Shown here piece by piece: positions 28,663 through 37,627 of a stretch of DNA of 64,000 nt. The notes under the pieces were generated by a model. The model worked only from the letters and a program-made list of their open reading frames with translations. It searched no databases and was not told where the DNA came from. The stretch's first letter is position 1; each line of letters begins with the position of its first letter. Both the position numbers and the translations under genes were made by a program. This DNA is from an uncultured Chloroflexia bacterium (GTDB taxonomy: Bacteria; Chloroflexota; Anaerolineae; Aggregatilineales; UBA3940): assembly GCA_963787375.1 (NCBI GenBank), contig CAWBCR010000031.1, positions 215,706 to 279,705 of the forward strand, read 5' to 3'.

Positions 28663-30028
28663 CTAGACAGCCTCGCCCCGCACGGCATCCACGATTGCCC
28701 AGATCAACGTGGCGACTGACCCGAAAACGGTTAGCAGCGCCCAACTGTTTGCCAATAGACCGAAAAGACTGGAAACCGCGCCCAGCGCAGTGATACCCAG
28801 CAACGCAGCGCGCGCCCATCGCCGTTTTGCGGCGTGCGTGATGCCGACCACGATCAGCATGATCGCGCCCAGCAAAGCCACCATGGTGGCACCAGAACCG
28901 GTGAAGTACATGGCAAAAGCAGCAATCACCAGCACAGCAGCCCGCCACCAGCGCCGCACAAATGGCACCCCGGCAGGCGGCGGTGCCGCCGGGGCGCGGA
29001 TCACTTGAGGCGGTGGCGCCACCGGGGCGGGCTCGGCGCGGGGTGTCTGAGTTTGCGCGGGCGCAGCGGCCTGATCTGCATTGGGCACTCCCAGCGCCCG
29101 CCGCACCATCTCCCGGACACTGAGGCTGTCGTCGGTCTCAGCGAGGTGGGCCAGCGTCTCGCGGGCAAGCTGCGACATGCCGCTGTCGGTGGCTTTCAAC
29201 AGACGCGCCAGCTCGTGCACTGCGCCCTCCCGCGCGCCGACCAGCGGGCTGTCGAGCAGCGCCTGAAGCTCGGCAGGCAGCGACACGACCGTCTCCTCCG
29301 CCCAGAACACGAAGTCACCGCCCTGGCTGCCCAGCAGATGTCCGAAGTGGGGCGTCTGGCGGCTGCGGGTGTGCAGCCCCACCTGCCGCTGGAGGTGCAG
29401 CCCCAGCTCGTTGCCGGTCAGCAGGCCGCCGCGCTGCGCGAGGCGCTCCAGCAGCAGGCCGGTGAAAACAGAGTGCCCGCCGGGCCCATAGCGGTCGGCA
29501 ACCTGTTGATCGGCCTGCCCGGCAGCAATGGCCTGGACCGCGCGGCGGGTCATCAGGTCTTCAAGCAGCCGGTCTGCCTGCGCCGCCCGCGCGCGTGATG
29601 GCCAGCCCGCTGAAGCAGGCGTCGAGCACAAACAGGATGTGCTTGGCCGGGATGTACTTGCTCTGATCGACCAGGTGATCCATCTCGATGGCGGACGAAT
29701 AGTGCTCCGGGTCGAACCCCACCGGCAGCAAAAGGCCGATCTCGCTGCCGTCCGCCGCCCGGCGCGTCACGCCGTGCCCGGCGAAGTAAACCAGCACCCG
29801 GTCATCCGGCCCGGTCTTCGCCAGATCATCGATCAGATAGCCCAGGATGGCATCACGGGTGGCGTCCGAATCACACAGCAGCCTGACCTCAAAGCCGAGG
29901 CTGTCGGTCAGGTACTGCGCGGTCGCTTTGGCGTCATGCGAGGCGGTTTGCAGCGGTGGCAGCGCCGCATAGGCATCAATGCCCACAACCAGCGCGTGCG
30001 ATCTCGCATAGTACGGCTGGTAAGCCAT
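28663..30028 (-). CDS. caspase-like (peptidase C14) protease with helical middle region, Pro/Ala linker and C-terminal TM helices; apparent frameshift near 29597
   Basis: Catalytic dyad contexts 'VYFAGHGV' and 'FVLDACFSG' are in ORF 29561..30028. The continuation 'AAQADRLLEDLMTRRAVQAIAAGQ..GHSVFTG' is in ORF 28663..29631, which ends in 2-3 hydrophobic helices. Confidence 0.8.
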
Positions 30029-30132
30029 GATGGTCTCCGTCGGCTATGCAGACGAACAAGATCATTATAGGCGATAAAACATAAAGCCAAAAGCCCGATC
30101 ACGGCTGCGCGCCAGCAAAACGATCTTCCCCA

Positions 30133-30188
30133 TTGACAACTGGTCATACCAGTGCTAGACTATACTCAAGGCAACTGGTAAGACCAGT
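30133..30188 (+). promoter_or_regulatory. sigma-70-like promoter (TTGACA-17-TAGACT) overlapped and followed by two ACTGGT-N3-ACCAGT operators
   Basis: TTGACA 30133..30138. Operator 1 ACTGGTCATACCAGT 30139..30153. TAGACT 30156..30161. Operator 2 ACTGGTAAGACCAGT 30174..30188. GntR-gene ATG at 30200. Confidence 0.55.
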
Positions 30189-30199
30189 GAAGGAGCATC

Positions 30200-30946
30200 A
30201 TGCCCACCAGAGCCGTCGAGAAAGCATCCAACCGCGCCGAGCGCCAGCTCGTCGAAGGCATGATCGCCGGCACGTATCCCTCAGGCAGCGCGCTGCCCGG
30301 CGAGCGCGACCTGTGCAAGCAGTTGGGCGTCGCGCGGCCCGCCCTGCGTGAGGCGCTCCAGCGGCTGGCCCGCGACGGCTGGCTCGACATCCAGCAGGGC
30401 AAGCCCACGCAGGTCAACGGCTTCATGCGCGACGGCAACCTGAACGTGCTGATCAACCTGTTACAGGTGGATATCACCCTGCTGCCCGACTTCGTGCCCA
30501 ACCTGCTCGAAATCTGGAGCCTGCTCGCGCCGGGATACGCCGCCGAAGCCATCGCGCGGCAGCCGCAGGAAGTCGCCCGGCTGCTGTACGGCTTTCGCGG
30601 GCTGGCCGACCGGCCCAGCCCGTTCGCCCGCGCGCAGTGGCGGCTGCACCGCGCGCTGATCGACCTGTGCGGCAACCCGGTGTACGGGCTGATCCTGAAC
30701 AGCTTCCACGATTTCTACACCCGGCTCGCCCGCCATTACCTCGACGAGCCGGAGATGCGCGACGAGGTGCGCGCCTTCTGGGACGCGCTGTACCACGCGG
30801 CGCTGGCCAGTCAGCCTGACCGGGGCGCGGACCTGATGCGCCGGCACATGCTGGCCATCCGGCAGCGCTGGCCGCAGCTCGACGTCGCGGCGTGGATTCA
30901 CGACGAGGAACCTGAGGAGGAGGAGATTGAGATGGACGATGGGTAA
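30200..30946 (+). CDS. GntR-family regulator, FadR subfamily, with acidic C-terminal tail
   Basis: wHTH 'GSALPGERDLCKQLGVARPALREALQRLARDGWLDIQQGKPTQV'. All-helical C-terminal domain. Confidence 0.85.
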   Translation: MPTRAVEKASNRAERQLVEGMIAGTYPSGSALPGERDLCKQLGVARPALREALQRLARDGWLDIQQGKPTQVNGFMRDGNLNVLINLLQVDITLLPDFVPNLLEIWSLLAPGYAAEAIARQPQEVARLLYGFRGLADRPSPFARAQWRLHRALIDLCGNPVYGLILNSFHDFYTRLARHYLDEPEMRDEVRAFWDALYHAALASQPDRGADLMRRHMLAIRQRWPQLDVAAWIHDEEPEEEEIEMDDG

Positions 30947-31068
30947 CGCTTCAGAGGGAACGGGCGATGCTCCGGCTGCCGCTGATAGTGCAAGTATCGG
31001 CGGCGACAGGCGGCACACACCGGAGCATCAGGACGCGCCGCCAGGGGTAGTGCACCCCCCAGTATAAC

Positions 31069-31710
31069 ATGAAAGGACCCCACTTGGAACGGATGAGCAA
31101 AGCCCGCCGGGTCGCCGGCGAGGTGCTGTCACAGCTATTGAGCGTGCCGGTTCTGTCCGGCGTGCTGGTCACCTTCATCTTCTTCAAACTCCCCGCGAAC
31201 ATCCCCGACCGGCTGGGCGGGTTCGGCTGGACGCTGCTGTTCCTGAGCCTGATCCCGCTGTGCAGCCTGTTCTTCTACATCCCCGGCAAAATCCGCGAGA
31301 AGGCGCGCATCATCAAGCGCCAGCGCATTGCCAGCTTTGTGTTCATGATCGTCAGCTACCCGATCGGCTTCGTGGTGCTGCGCCTGACGCACGCGCCGAA
31401 GGTCTACGAGGCCATCGCCGTGACGTACACGCTGGTCACGCTGGGGCTGATCCTGCTGAATTACGTGATCCGCTACAAGGCCAGCGGGCACGCGGCAGGG
31501 GTCGCCGGGCCGGTGGCGGCGATGATCTACCTGTACGGGCTGATCGCCGTGCCGCTGCTGGCGCTCATCCCGCTGACAAGCTGGGCGCGCGTCAGCGCGA
31601 AGGGTCACAACGTGTGGCAGACGGTCGCCGGGGCGCTGCTCTCGCTGAGCATTACCGCGCTGGTGCTGTGGGCCTACGGCTTCCTGCCGATGCACGGACT
31701 GGTGCGGTAG
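31069..31710 (+). CDS. polytopic membrane protein, weakly PAP2-like (tentative)
   Basis: 5-6 TM helices. 'YKASGHAAG' and 'RVSAKGHNVWQTVAG' resemble PAP2 motifs 2 and 3, but the first motif and the final Asp are not evident. Confidence 0.45.
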   Translation: MKGPHLERMSKARRVAGEVLSQLLSVPVLSGVLVTFIFFKLPANIPDRLGGFGWTLLFLSLIPLCSLFFYIPGKIREKARIIKRQRIASFVFMIVSYPIGFVVLRLTHAPKVYEAIAVTYTLVTLGLILLNYVIRYKASGHAAGVAGPVAAMIYLYGLIAVPLLALIPLTSWARVSAKGHNVWQTVAGALLSLSITALVLWAYGFLPMHGLVR

Positions 31711-31761
31711 GGCGCTGCACAGGACACGAATATCCTCCCACGCAGTAAAGGGTAAAAGAGT

Positions 31762-33354
31762 ATGCGTATCAGACTGATAGAGCCAAAATCAACGAGCAAC
31801 AACGTGTACGATCACAGCCTGCTGCCGCGACTGGGCCTCCCGCTGCTGGCGGCGGTGCTGGGCCAGCGCGGGCACGACGTGGTGATCTACGTCGAGTCGC
31901 TGGCCCCGGTCAACTGGGACGACCTGCTGTCCGCCGACCTGGTCGGCTTCTCGTCGACGACCGCCACCACGCCCCCCGCCTACGCCATGGCCGACCGGCT
32001 GCGCGCAGCGGGCAAGCCGGTGGTTTTCGGCGGGGCGCACGCCACCTTCCTGCCCGACGAGGCGCTGCTGCACGCCGACTACGTGGTGCGCGGCGAGGGC
32101 CACGTCACGCTGGTCAGGCTGGCCGAGGCGCTCGAATCCGACGGCGACGTGTCGGGCATCGACGGGCTGTCGTATCACGGGCCCGATGGGCCGGTCCATA
32201 ACCCCGACCGCCCCAACTGCGACAACGCGACCTTCGCCGCGCTGCCTGCGCCCGACCTGACGAAGATCGTCGGGCACGAGCGGATGATCACCTACCCAAT
32301 GATGACGCAGTGGGGCTGCCCCTATAACTGCAACTTCTGCTCGGTGATCAAGATGTTCGGGCGGAAGGTGCGCGCCCGGAACATCGCAGACGTGCTGGAC
32401 GAGCTGGCCGCGCTGCCGGCGGGGCATGACGTGTTCTTCTACGACGACAACCTGGTGGTCGACAAGCGGCGCACCAAGGCGCTGCTGCGCGGGATGCTGG
32501 AGCGCGGCATCACCGTGACGTGGTCGGCGCAGATGCGCGCCGAGGCGATCTACAAGGACAAGAAGACCGGCGAGTGGGACACCGAGCTGCTGGAGCTGAT
32601 GCGCGAGACGCGCTGCGCCTGGGTGTACATCGGCTTCGAGTTGGTCAACCCGGAGGCGCTCAAGGAGTTCAACAAGCAGCAGACCGTCGAGCAGATCGAC
32701 GACAGTATCCGCGCCTTCCACGACTACGGCATCCGCGTGCACGGCATGTTCGTGTGCGGCTGCGACGCCGACACGCCGCAGACGGTGCAGGCGACGGTCG
32801 ACTTTGCCATCCGGCGCGACATCGACACAGTGCAGTTCCTGACGATCACGCCGCTGCCCGGCACCGAGTTTTCGGCGCAGATGCAGGCCGAGGGCCGCAT
32901 CCTGACTGAGGACTGGTCGCTATACGACGGGCACCACGCGCTGATCCAGCCCAAGCACATGACGCCCTACGCGCTGCAGATGGCGACCTTCCGGGGGATG
33001 CTGCGCTTCTACGCGCCGCGCCGGGCATGGGGGCTGCTGCTGCGCAACGTCATGCGCGAGATGCCGTTCCTGCTGCGGCTGTTCGTGCGCGAGCGCAAGC
33101 TGCGCATCGCGCTGCCGCGCGTGGTGGCGATGGCCCTCAATTCGAAGAAGCGGCTGGCGATCCTCGACACGCTCCAGCAGGCGCTCGACCTGCCCGCGTG
33201 GCTGCGGCTGCGGGCGGTGTTCCTGGTGCCGATCTTCCGCAGCTACGCCTATCGCCACACGCGGCAGGGGCTGCGCCAGCCGCAAAACCGCGACTACGTC
33301 GCGTGGCTGCGCGCGCTGACCGGCGGGCGGCAGTCGGCGCACAAGGCAGTATAA
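31762..33354 (+). CDS. B12-binding-domain radical SAM enzyme
   Basis: N-terminal Rossmann-like B12-binding region. 'QWGCPYNCNFCSV' CxxxCxxC cluster motif. Long basic helical C-terminal extension. Confidence 0.85.
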   Translation: MRIRLIEPKSTSNNVYDHSLLPRLGLPLLAAVLGQRGHDVVIYVESLAPVNWDDLLSADLVGFSSTTATTPPAYAMADRLRAAGKPVVFGGAHATFLPDEALLHADYVVRGEGHVTLVRLAEALESDGDVSGIDGLSYHGPDGPVHNPDRPNCDNATFAALPAPDLTKIVGHERMITYPMMTQWGCPYNCNFCSVIKMFGRKVRARNIADVLDELAALPAGHDVFFYDDNLVVDKRRTKALLRGMLERGITVTWSAQMRAEAIYKDKKTGEWDTELLELMRETRCAWVYIGFELVNPEALKEFNKQQTVEQIDDSIRAFHDYGIRVHGMFVCGCDADTPQTVQATVDFAIRRDIDTVQFLTITPLPGTEFSAQMQAEGRILTEDWSLYDGHHALIQPKHMTPYALQMATFRGMLRFYAPRRAWGLLLRNVMREMPFLLRLFVRERKLRIALPRVVAMALNSKKRLAILDTLQQALDLPAWLRLRAVFLVPIFRSYAYRHTRQGLRQPQNRDYVAWLRALTGGRQSAHKAV

Positions 33355-33382
33355 GCCACTATCCTCGGCTGGAAATCACAGT

Positions 33383-33404
33383 GGCGACGCATTGCTGCGT
33401 CGCC
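33383..33404. terminator. hairpin between convergent genes (ggcgacgca-ttgc-tgcgtcgcc)
   Basis: 9-bp perfect stem; a weak T-rich tract follows. Confidence 0.4.
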
Positions 33405-33433
33405 CCTGTTCATTTCTGCGATCCGCCGCGTGG

Positions 33434-33788
33434 CTACGGCACGTCGGTCAGGTCGTCGTCCTGCTGGTTCTGGTTGAAGAACTGGTCGATCTTGGTGGCG
33501 ATGGCGTCGCCGGTCGCGTCGGGCTGAGCGGCCTGCACGGTCGCGCTGGGCGGCACGGCGCTCGGCTGGACCTGCGGTGCAGGTGAGGCGGTCGGCGGCT
33601 GGGCCGGTGCGGGCGCGGCGGTGGCCTGCGGCGCGGGCGTGGGCGCTGCCGTCGCGGGCCGGATCAGCGTGGCGGGGGCCGCCACCGGCGGCTGCGTGGG
33701 CTGGGCGTTACGCCCGCCCCGCGCGCTGGCGACGGTCGCCAGGGCCAGCGCCGCCAGCCCCCGCGACCATCGCCAGCCGCGCGCTCAT
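33434..33788 (-). CDS. Pro/Ala-rich secreted protein (tentative); apparent frameshift in the C5 run near 33760
   Basis: The ATG at 33788 gives 'MSARLAMVAG'. One shift joins it to 'LAALALATVASA..' in the frame of ORF 33434..33685. Low-complexity sequence, so weak. Confidence 0.35.
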
Positions 33789-33805
33789 GCGGCGATGCGC
33801 TGTCA

Positions 33806-34342
33806 CTACGCGCCTCCGCCGGGCTGCGGCTGCGGGCGGTTGGCCTGACGCCACTCGAAGACGGCCTGGCGCAGATCGAGCGACGCGCCGGCCAGCGAGA
33901 AGTGCGCGCTGCGCAGCGAGGTCGCCGCCTGGTGCAGCGTGTCGCGGGCCTGTGCCCGGTCGGTCACGTTGCCCTGGTCGTCGAACCCGGCGTGGGTCGC
34001 CATGATCGACGCGGCCTGGTCGTGCGCGGTCTGCGCGTCGGCGATCTGGCTCTGAAACGAGGCCAGCGCCGTCTCCAGGCTCGACGTGTCCTTGCCCTGC
34101 GCCTTCAGGTTGTCGATCCAGCCCTGCACGTCGGTCGTGATCTGGCCGGCGAAGGTCAGGCGGTTGGCCTGGTTGGCCAGCGCAAGCTGCGCGCGCTGGT
34201 AGCACAGGTGCATCAGCGGCGCGTCGGGGGTGGGGTCGGCCTGCACGAGAGCCGTCCCGCCGCCTGCGGCCAACGCCGTCGTCGCGCCGCCCAGCAGCAC
34301 GGTGACCGCCAGCCCAACGGCGGCCAGCCCGCCGATAGCCAT
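33806..34342 (-). CDS. secreted or membrane-anchored helical protein, unknown function
   Basis: N-terminal hydrophobic helix 'AIGGLAAVGLAVTVLLGG'. A strong GGGAGG plus ATG at 34380 lies out of frame upstream, so the true start may be there with another indel. Confidence 0.5.
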   Translation of the reverse strand: MAIGGLAAVGLAVTVLLGGATTALAAGGGTALVQADPTPDAPLMHLCYQRAQLALANQANRLTFAGQITTDVQGWIDNLKAQGKDTSSLETALASFQSQIADAQTAHDQAASIMATHAGFDDQGNVTDRAQARDTLHQAATSLRSAHFSLAGASLDLRQAVFEWRQANRPQPQPGGGA

Positions 34343-34550
34343 GCGCTTAACGCTCAGGTTCCATTTCAGCTCGCTTCATGTTGATACCTCCCATCTGTTG
34401 ATGACCTGTTCGATACGCTACAATGACAAAGATAAGGCTGGCTCATTGCACGCGTATTGTCGATGGGTAAAAAGTGTGTAAACTGCAACCGTCAGGCGAA
34501 ACGCGCATCTAAATACGAGCGCGCAATCGAACAGGAGAACGCCACCCGCC

Positions 34551-34793
34551 ATGCCATCAGCCGCCGGAAACCAGCCCTACAAGCTCGTCATCGACGACGC
34601 GGTGTGCCGCCACTGCCGCCGCTGCCTGGGCAGCGAGGTGTGCCGGGGTAGCGCCTTCGTCAGCTTCGACCCCACCGACAGCCCCTTCATCGACATGAGC
34701 CGCTGCTGGGGATGCCTCAAATGCCTGGTCACCTGTCCGTTTGGGGCCATCGTCAAGATGGACTACGGGCAGGAGGCGCTCGCCTCGGACTGA
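34551..34793 (+). CDS. small 2x[4Fe-4S]-type ferredoxin-like protein
   Basis: 'CRHCRRCLGSEVC' and 'CWGCLKCLVTCP' cluster motifs. Confidence 0.6.
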   Translation: MPSAAGNQPYKLVIDDAVCRHCRRCLGSEVCRGSAFVSFDPTDSPFIDMSRCWGCLKCLVTCPFGAIVKMDYGQEALASD

Positions 34794-34925
34794 GCGCACG
34801 TCCCGCCGGAATGTCACGGGCGCAGGCTGCTGCGCCCGTTTGCGTTAGCTGCCCCGATTTCGAGTTTTGCCCGCGCTATGCTACACTCACGCCATCATCC
34901 GACGGCAGCAAGGATCAGACACGGC

Positions 34926-35312
34926 ATGGGCAAGAAAGTGCTGATCGCCGAAGATCAGAGCGACAGCCGGCAGCTTCTCGAAGACATCCTGCAGCGATTC
35001 CACCCTTACGGCGTGCGCGTCTTCACCGCGCAGGACGGCGTCGAGGCGTACGAGATCGCCGCGCGCGAGATGCCCGACCTGATCCTGCTGGACGTGATGA
35101 TGCCGGGCATGACCGGCTACGAAATCTGCCAGAAGGTCAAGAACGACCCCGAAACGGCCCACACCTACGTGATCATGGTATCGGCCAAGACGCAGCCGGA
35201 GGACCGCATGCAGGCCGCGCTGGCCGGGGCCGACGAGTATGTCACCAAGCCGTTCGACATCCACCACATCGTGGAGCGCGTGGGCGTGGCGCTGAACGTC
35301 AAGCCGTTGTAG
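34926..35312 (+). CDS. single-domain CheY-like response regulator
   Basis: 'KVLIAEDQ', 'DLILLDVMMPGMTG', 'VSAKT', 'KPF'. Confidence 0.85.
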   Translation: MGKKVLIAEDQSDSRQLLEDILQRFHPYGVRVFTAQDGVEAYEIAAREMPDLILLDVMMPGMTGYEICQKVKNDPETAHTYVIMVSAKTQPEDRMQAALAGADEYVTKPFDIHHIVERVGVALNVKPL

Positions 35313-35317
35313 GGCTA

Positions 35318-35423
35318 CCTCACCCCCGCTTCGACGCTCTGGCGACCGTCTCCGCCGCCCCCTCTCCACCAGGTGAAGAGGGGGAAGAAGAACTGCCTTA
35401 CAGGCAGTTCGCAGGGGGTGAGG
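35318..35423. repeat. 106-nt nested palindromic element
   Basis: Outer inverted repeat cctcaccccc / gggggtgagg. It encloses ccccctctcc..gaagaggggg and gaactgcct-tac-aggcagttc. Confidence 0.6.
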
Positions 35424-35440
35424 TCACAGCCGCAGCAAAC

Positions 35441-35471
35441 AAAAAGGCCCCTGAGAGATACTCAGGGGCCT
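35441..35471 (-). terminator. intrinsic terminator of the histidine kinase operon
   Basis: On the minus strand: AGGCCCCTGAG-TATCT-CTCAGGGGCCT followed by TTTTTGTTTG. Confidence 0.7.
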
Positions 35472-35491
35472 CGCCATTCCACGTATTGCGA

Positions 35492-36673
35492 TCAGCCCTG
35501 CTCCAGCGACAGCGTGAAGCACAGCCGCGCGCCGGGCAGCGTCGGCGCGGGCTCGGCCCAGATGCGCCCGCCGTGCGCCTCGACGATGTGCTTGGCGATG
35601 GCCAGTCCCAGCCCGGTTCCGCCGCCGCGCCGCGCGCGGTCGCCGCGATAGAAGCGCTCGAACACCCGCTCGCGCTCCTCGGCCATGATACCTAGCCCGT
35701 TGTCGGTCACGCAGATCTGCGCCCGGTCGCCCTGCACCTCCGCGCTGACGTCGATCAGGCCGTCCTTGTGCGTGAACTTGATGGCGTTGTGCAGCAGGTT
35801 GCCCAGCACGCGCTGAAGCTGCTGCGCGTCGGCCAGCACGGTCAGGTCGTCGGGGATGTGCGTGGTGACGGTCAGGTTCTTGCGCTCGGCCTGCTCCGAG
35901 AAGCGCTCCAGCACCTCCGCACACAGCCCGTTGAGCGCCACCGGCGTGAAGATGAACTCGGCCCGCCCCAACTCGATCATCGACAGGTCGAGCAGCTCCT
36001 GCGCCATCTGCTGCAGGATGTCGGTTTCGGCGGAAATCTTGTTGAGCTGCTTGGTGTGCGCCTTGCTCAGCTTTTTCGCGTCGCGCAGCAGCGTGTCGAC
36101 CAGCAGCCGGATCGAGGTGATGGGCGTGCGCAGCTCGTGGCTGATGTTGGCGACCATGTCGCGCCGGGCGCGGCCCAGCCGCTGCAGCTCGCTGACGTCT
36201 TCCAGCGCCAGCGCGACGAACGTCTCAGGCTCTACCTGGAGGCGCTGCGTGCGCACCCGGTAGGTGCAGCCCTGGATCGTCAACTGCAAGCCCACGTCCT
36301 CGCCCTCGCGCAGCGCCGTCGAGACGGCGTCGTCAAGCTCGTGGTCGCGTGTCACGGCGATCAGCGTCGCCGGCGAGCCGGGCTCAACCTGCGGCTCAGG
36401 CCCGAACAGCCGGCGGGCGGCGTCGTTCATGTGGATCACCTTGCGCTTGCCGTCGACCAGGATCAGCGCGTTGTAGGCAACCTCGCTCAGCGCTTCGAGC
36501 GCCTGCTCGCGCCCCGCCAGCGCCTGCCGATTGGCCAGCTCGTCGCTCTGCTCCGACATGCGCGCGTGCGCCGCATCCAGCTCGACGCGCAGCCGCCGCG
36601 CGACCACCGCCAGCACGATCAGCCCCACGCCCAGCCCTACCACAAACGCCAGTACCATCGTCCCGAAAGTCAT
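35492..36673 (-). CDS. PhoR-like sensor histidine kinase (TM, PAS-like, HisKA, HATPase)
   Basis: 'SHELRTPITSI' H-box, 'LLHNAIKFT' N-box, 'DNGLGI', 'GTGLGLAI'. Confidence 0.85.
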   Translation of the reverse strand: MTFGTMVLAFVVGLGVGLIVLAVVARRLRVELDAAHARMSEQSDELANRQALAGREQALEALSEVAYNALILVDGKRKVIHMNDAARRLFGPEPQVEPGSPATLIAVTRDHELDDAVSTALREGEDVGLQLTIQGCTYRVRTQRLQVEPETFVALALEDVSELQRLGRARRDMVANISHELRTPITSIRLLVDTLLRDAKKLSKAHTKQLNKISAETDILQQMAQELLDLSMIELGRAEFIFTPVALNGLCAEVLERFSEQAERKNLTVTTHIPDDLTVLADAQQLQRVLGNLLHNAIKFTHKDGLIDVSAEVQGDRAQICVTDNGLGIMAEERERVFERFYRGDRARRGGGTGLGLAIAKHIVEAHGGRIWAEPAPTLPGARLCFTLSLEQG

Positions 36674-36678
36674 AGGCT

Positions 36679-37377
36679 TTATTCCTCAAACCGGTAGCCG
36701 ACGCCGCGCACGGTGACGATGTGCTGCGGGTTGGACGGGTCGTCTTCGATCTTCTGGCGCAGCCAGCGGATGTGCACGTCGACGGTGCGGCTGTCGCCGT
36801 AATAGTCGTAGCCCCACACGCGCGACAGGATCAGATCGCGCGAGAGCACAGCCCCGCGATTGCGCAGCAGCTCGACCAGCAGGTCGAACTCCTTGTGGCT
36901 GAGCTGAAGCTCCTCGCTGCCCCGGTAGGCCCGCCGTCCGATCACGTCCAGGCGCAGGTCGCCTGCCGCGTACTCCTCGCCGGGGGCCTCGCGGCCCGGC
37001 GCGCGGCGCAGCACGGCCCGCACCCGCGCCATCAACTCGCCAAAGCCAAACGGCTTGGTGACGTAATCGTCGGCCCCGCTGTCCAGCCCGACCATTTTGT
37101 CGCCCTGCGTGCCGCGCGCGGTCAGCATGATGATCGGGATGTGCGCCACGTCGGGGTCCTTGCGGACCAGCCGGCACACCGCCAGCCCGTCGAGCTTGGG
37201 CAGCATGATGTCCAGAATGACGAGGTCCGGCTTCTTCTTGCGGATCGTTGCCAGTGCCTCTTCGCCGTCGCCCGCCTTCAGGACTTTGTAGCCCTCTTCC
37301 TGAAAGTTGTAGGTCAGCGTGTCGAGGACTGTCTCTTCGTCTTCAACAACCAGGATCGTCGTCGCCATAGTCTCCAC
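36679..37377 (-). CDS. OmpR/PhoB-family response regulator
   Basis: 'ILVVEDEE', 'DLVILDIMLPKLDG', wHTH 'RTVDVHIRWLRQKIE..IVTVRGVGYRF'. Confidence 0.9.
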   Translation of the reverse strand: METMATTILVVEDEETVLDTLTYNFQEEGYKVLKAGDGEEALATIRKKKPDLVILDIMLPKLDGLAVCRLVRKDPDVAHIPIIMLTARGTQGDKMVGLDSGADDYVTKPFGFGELMARVRAVLRRAPGREAPGEEYAAGDLRLDVIGRRAYRGSEELQLSHKEFDLLVELLRNRGAVLSRDLILSRVWGYDYYGDSRTVDVHIRWLRQKIEDDPSNPQHIVTVRGVGYRFEE

Positions 37378-37453
37378 TGCTCAGGATGGTGCCGGGTCCG
37401 TAGCTGCAAGTATAACCGCGCCCGCGAGGGGGGACAATCGGGCCTCACCGGGC

Positions 37454-37604
37454 TCAGCGCCACACCAGATCGGCCAGCAGCGGCAGGTGATCCGACCCGG
37501 CGTCGGGCCCGACCCACGCCCGCGTCGCTGCGATCCCGGCGGTGGTCCACACGCAGATCGGATGCGTCAGCGGCGCGGAGCCGACAGGCGAAGCGTCCGC
37601 TGCG
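37454..37604 (-). pseudogene. 3' remnant of a second EEP-family gene copy
   Basis: Encodes '..PICVWTTAGIAATRAWVGPDAGSDHLPLLADLVWR*'. 37458..37523 matches 38641..38706 at 65 of 66 positions by manual alignment. Confidence 0.6.
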
Positions 37605-37627
37605 CGCAATGTTAGCCCGCGATCTTT

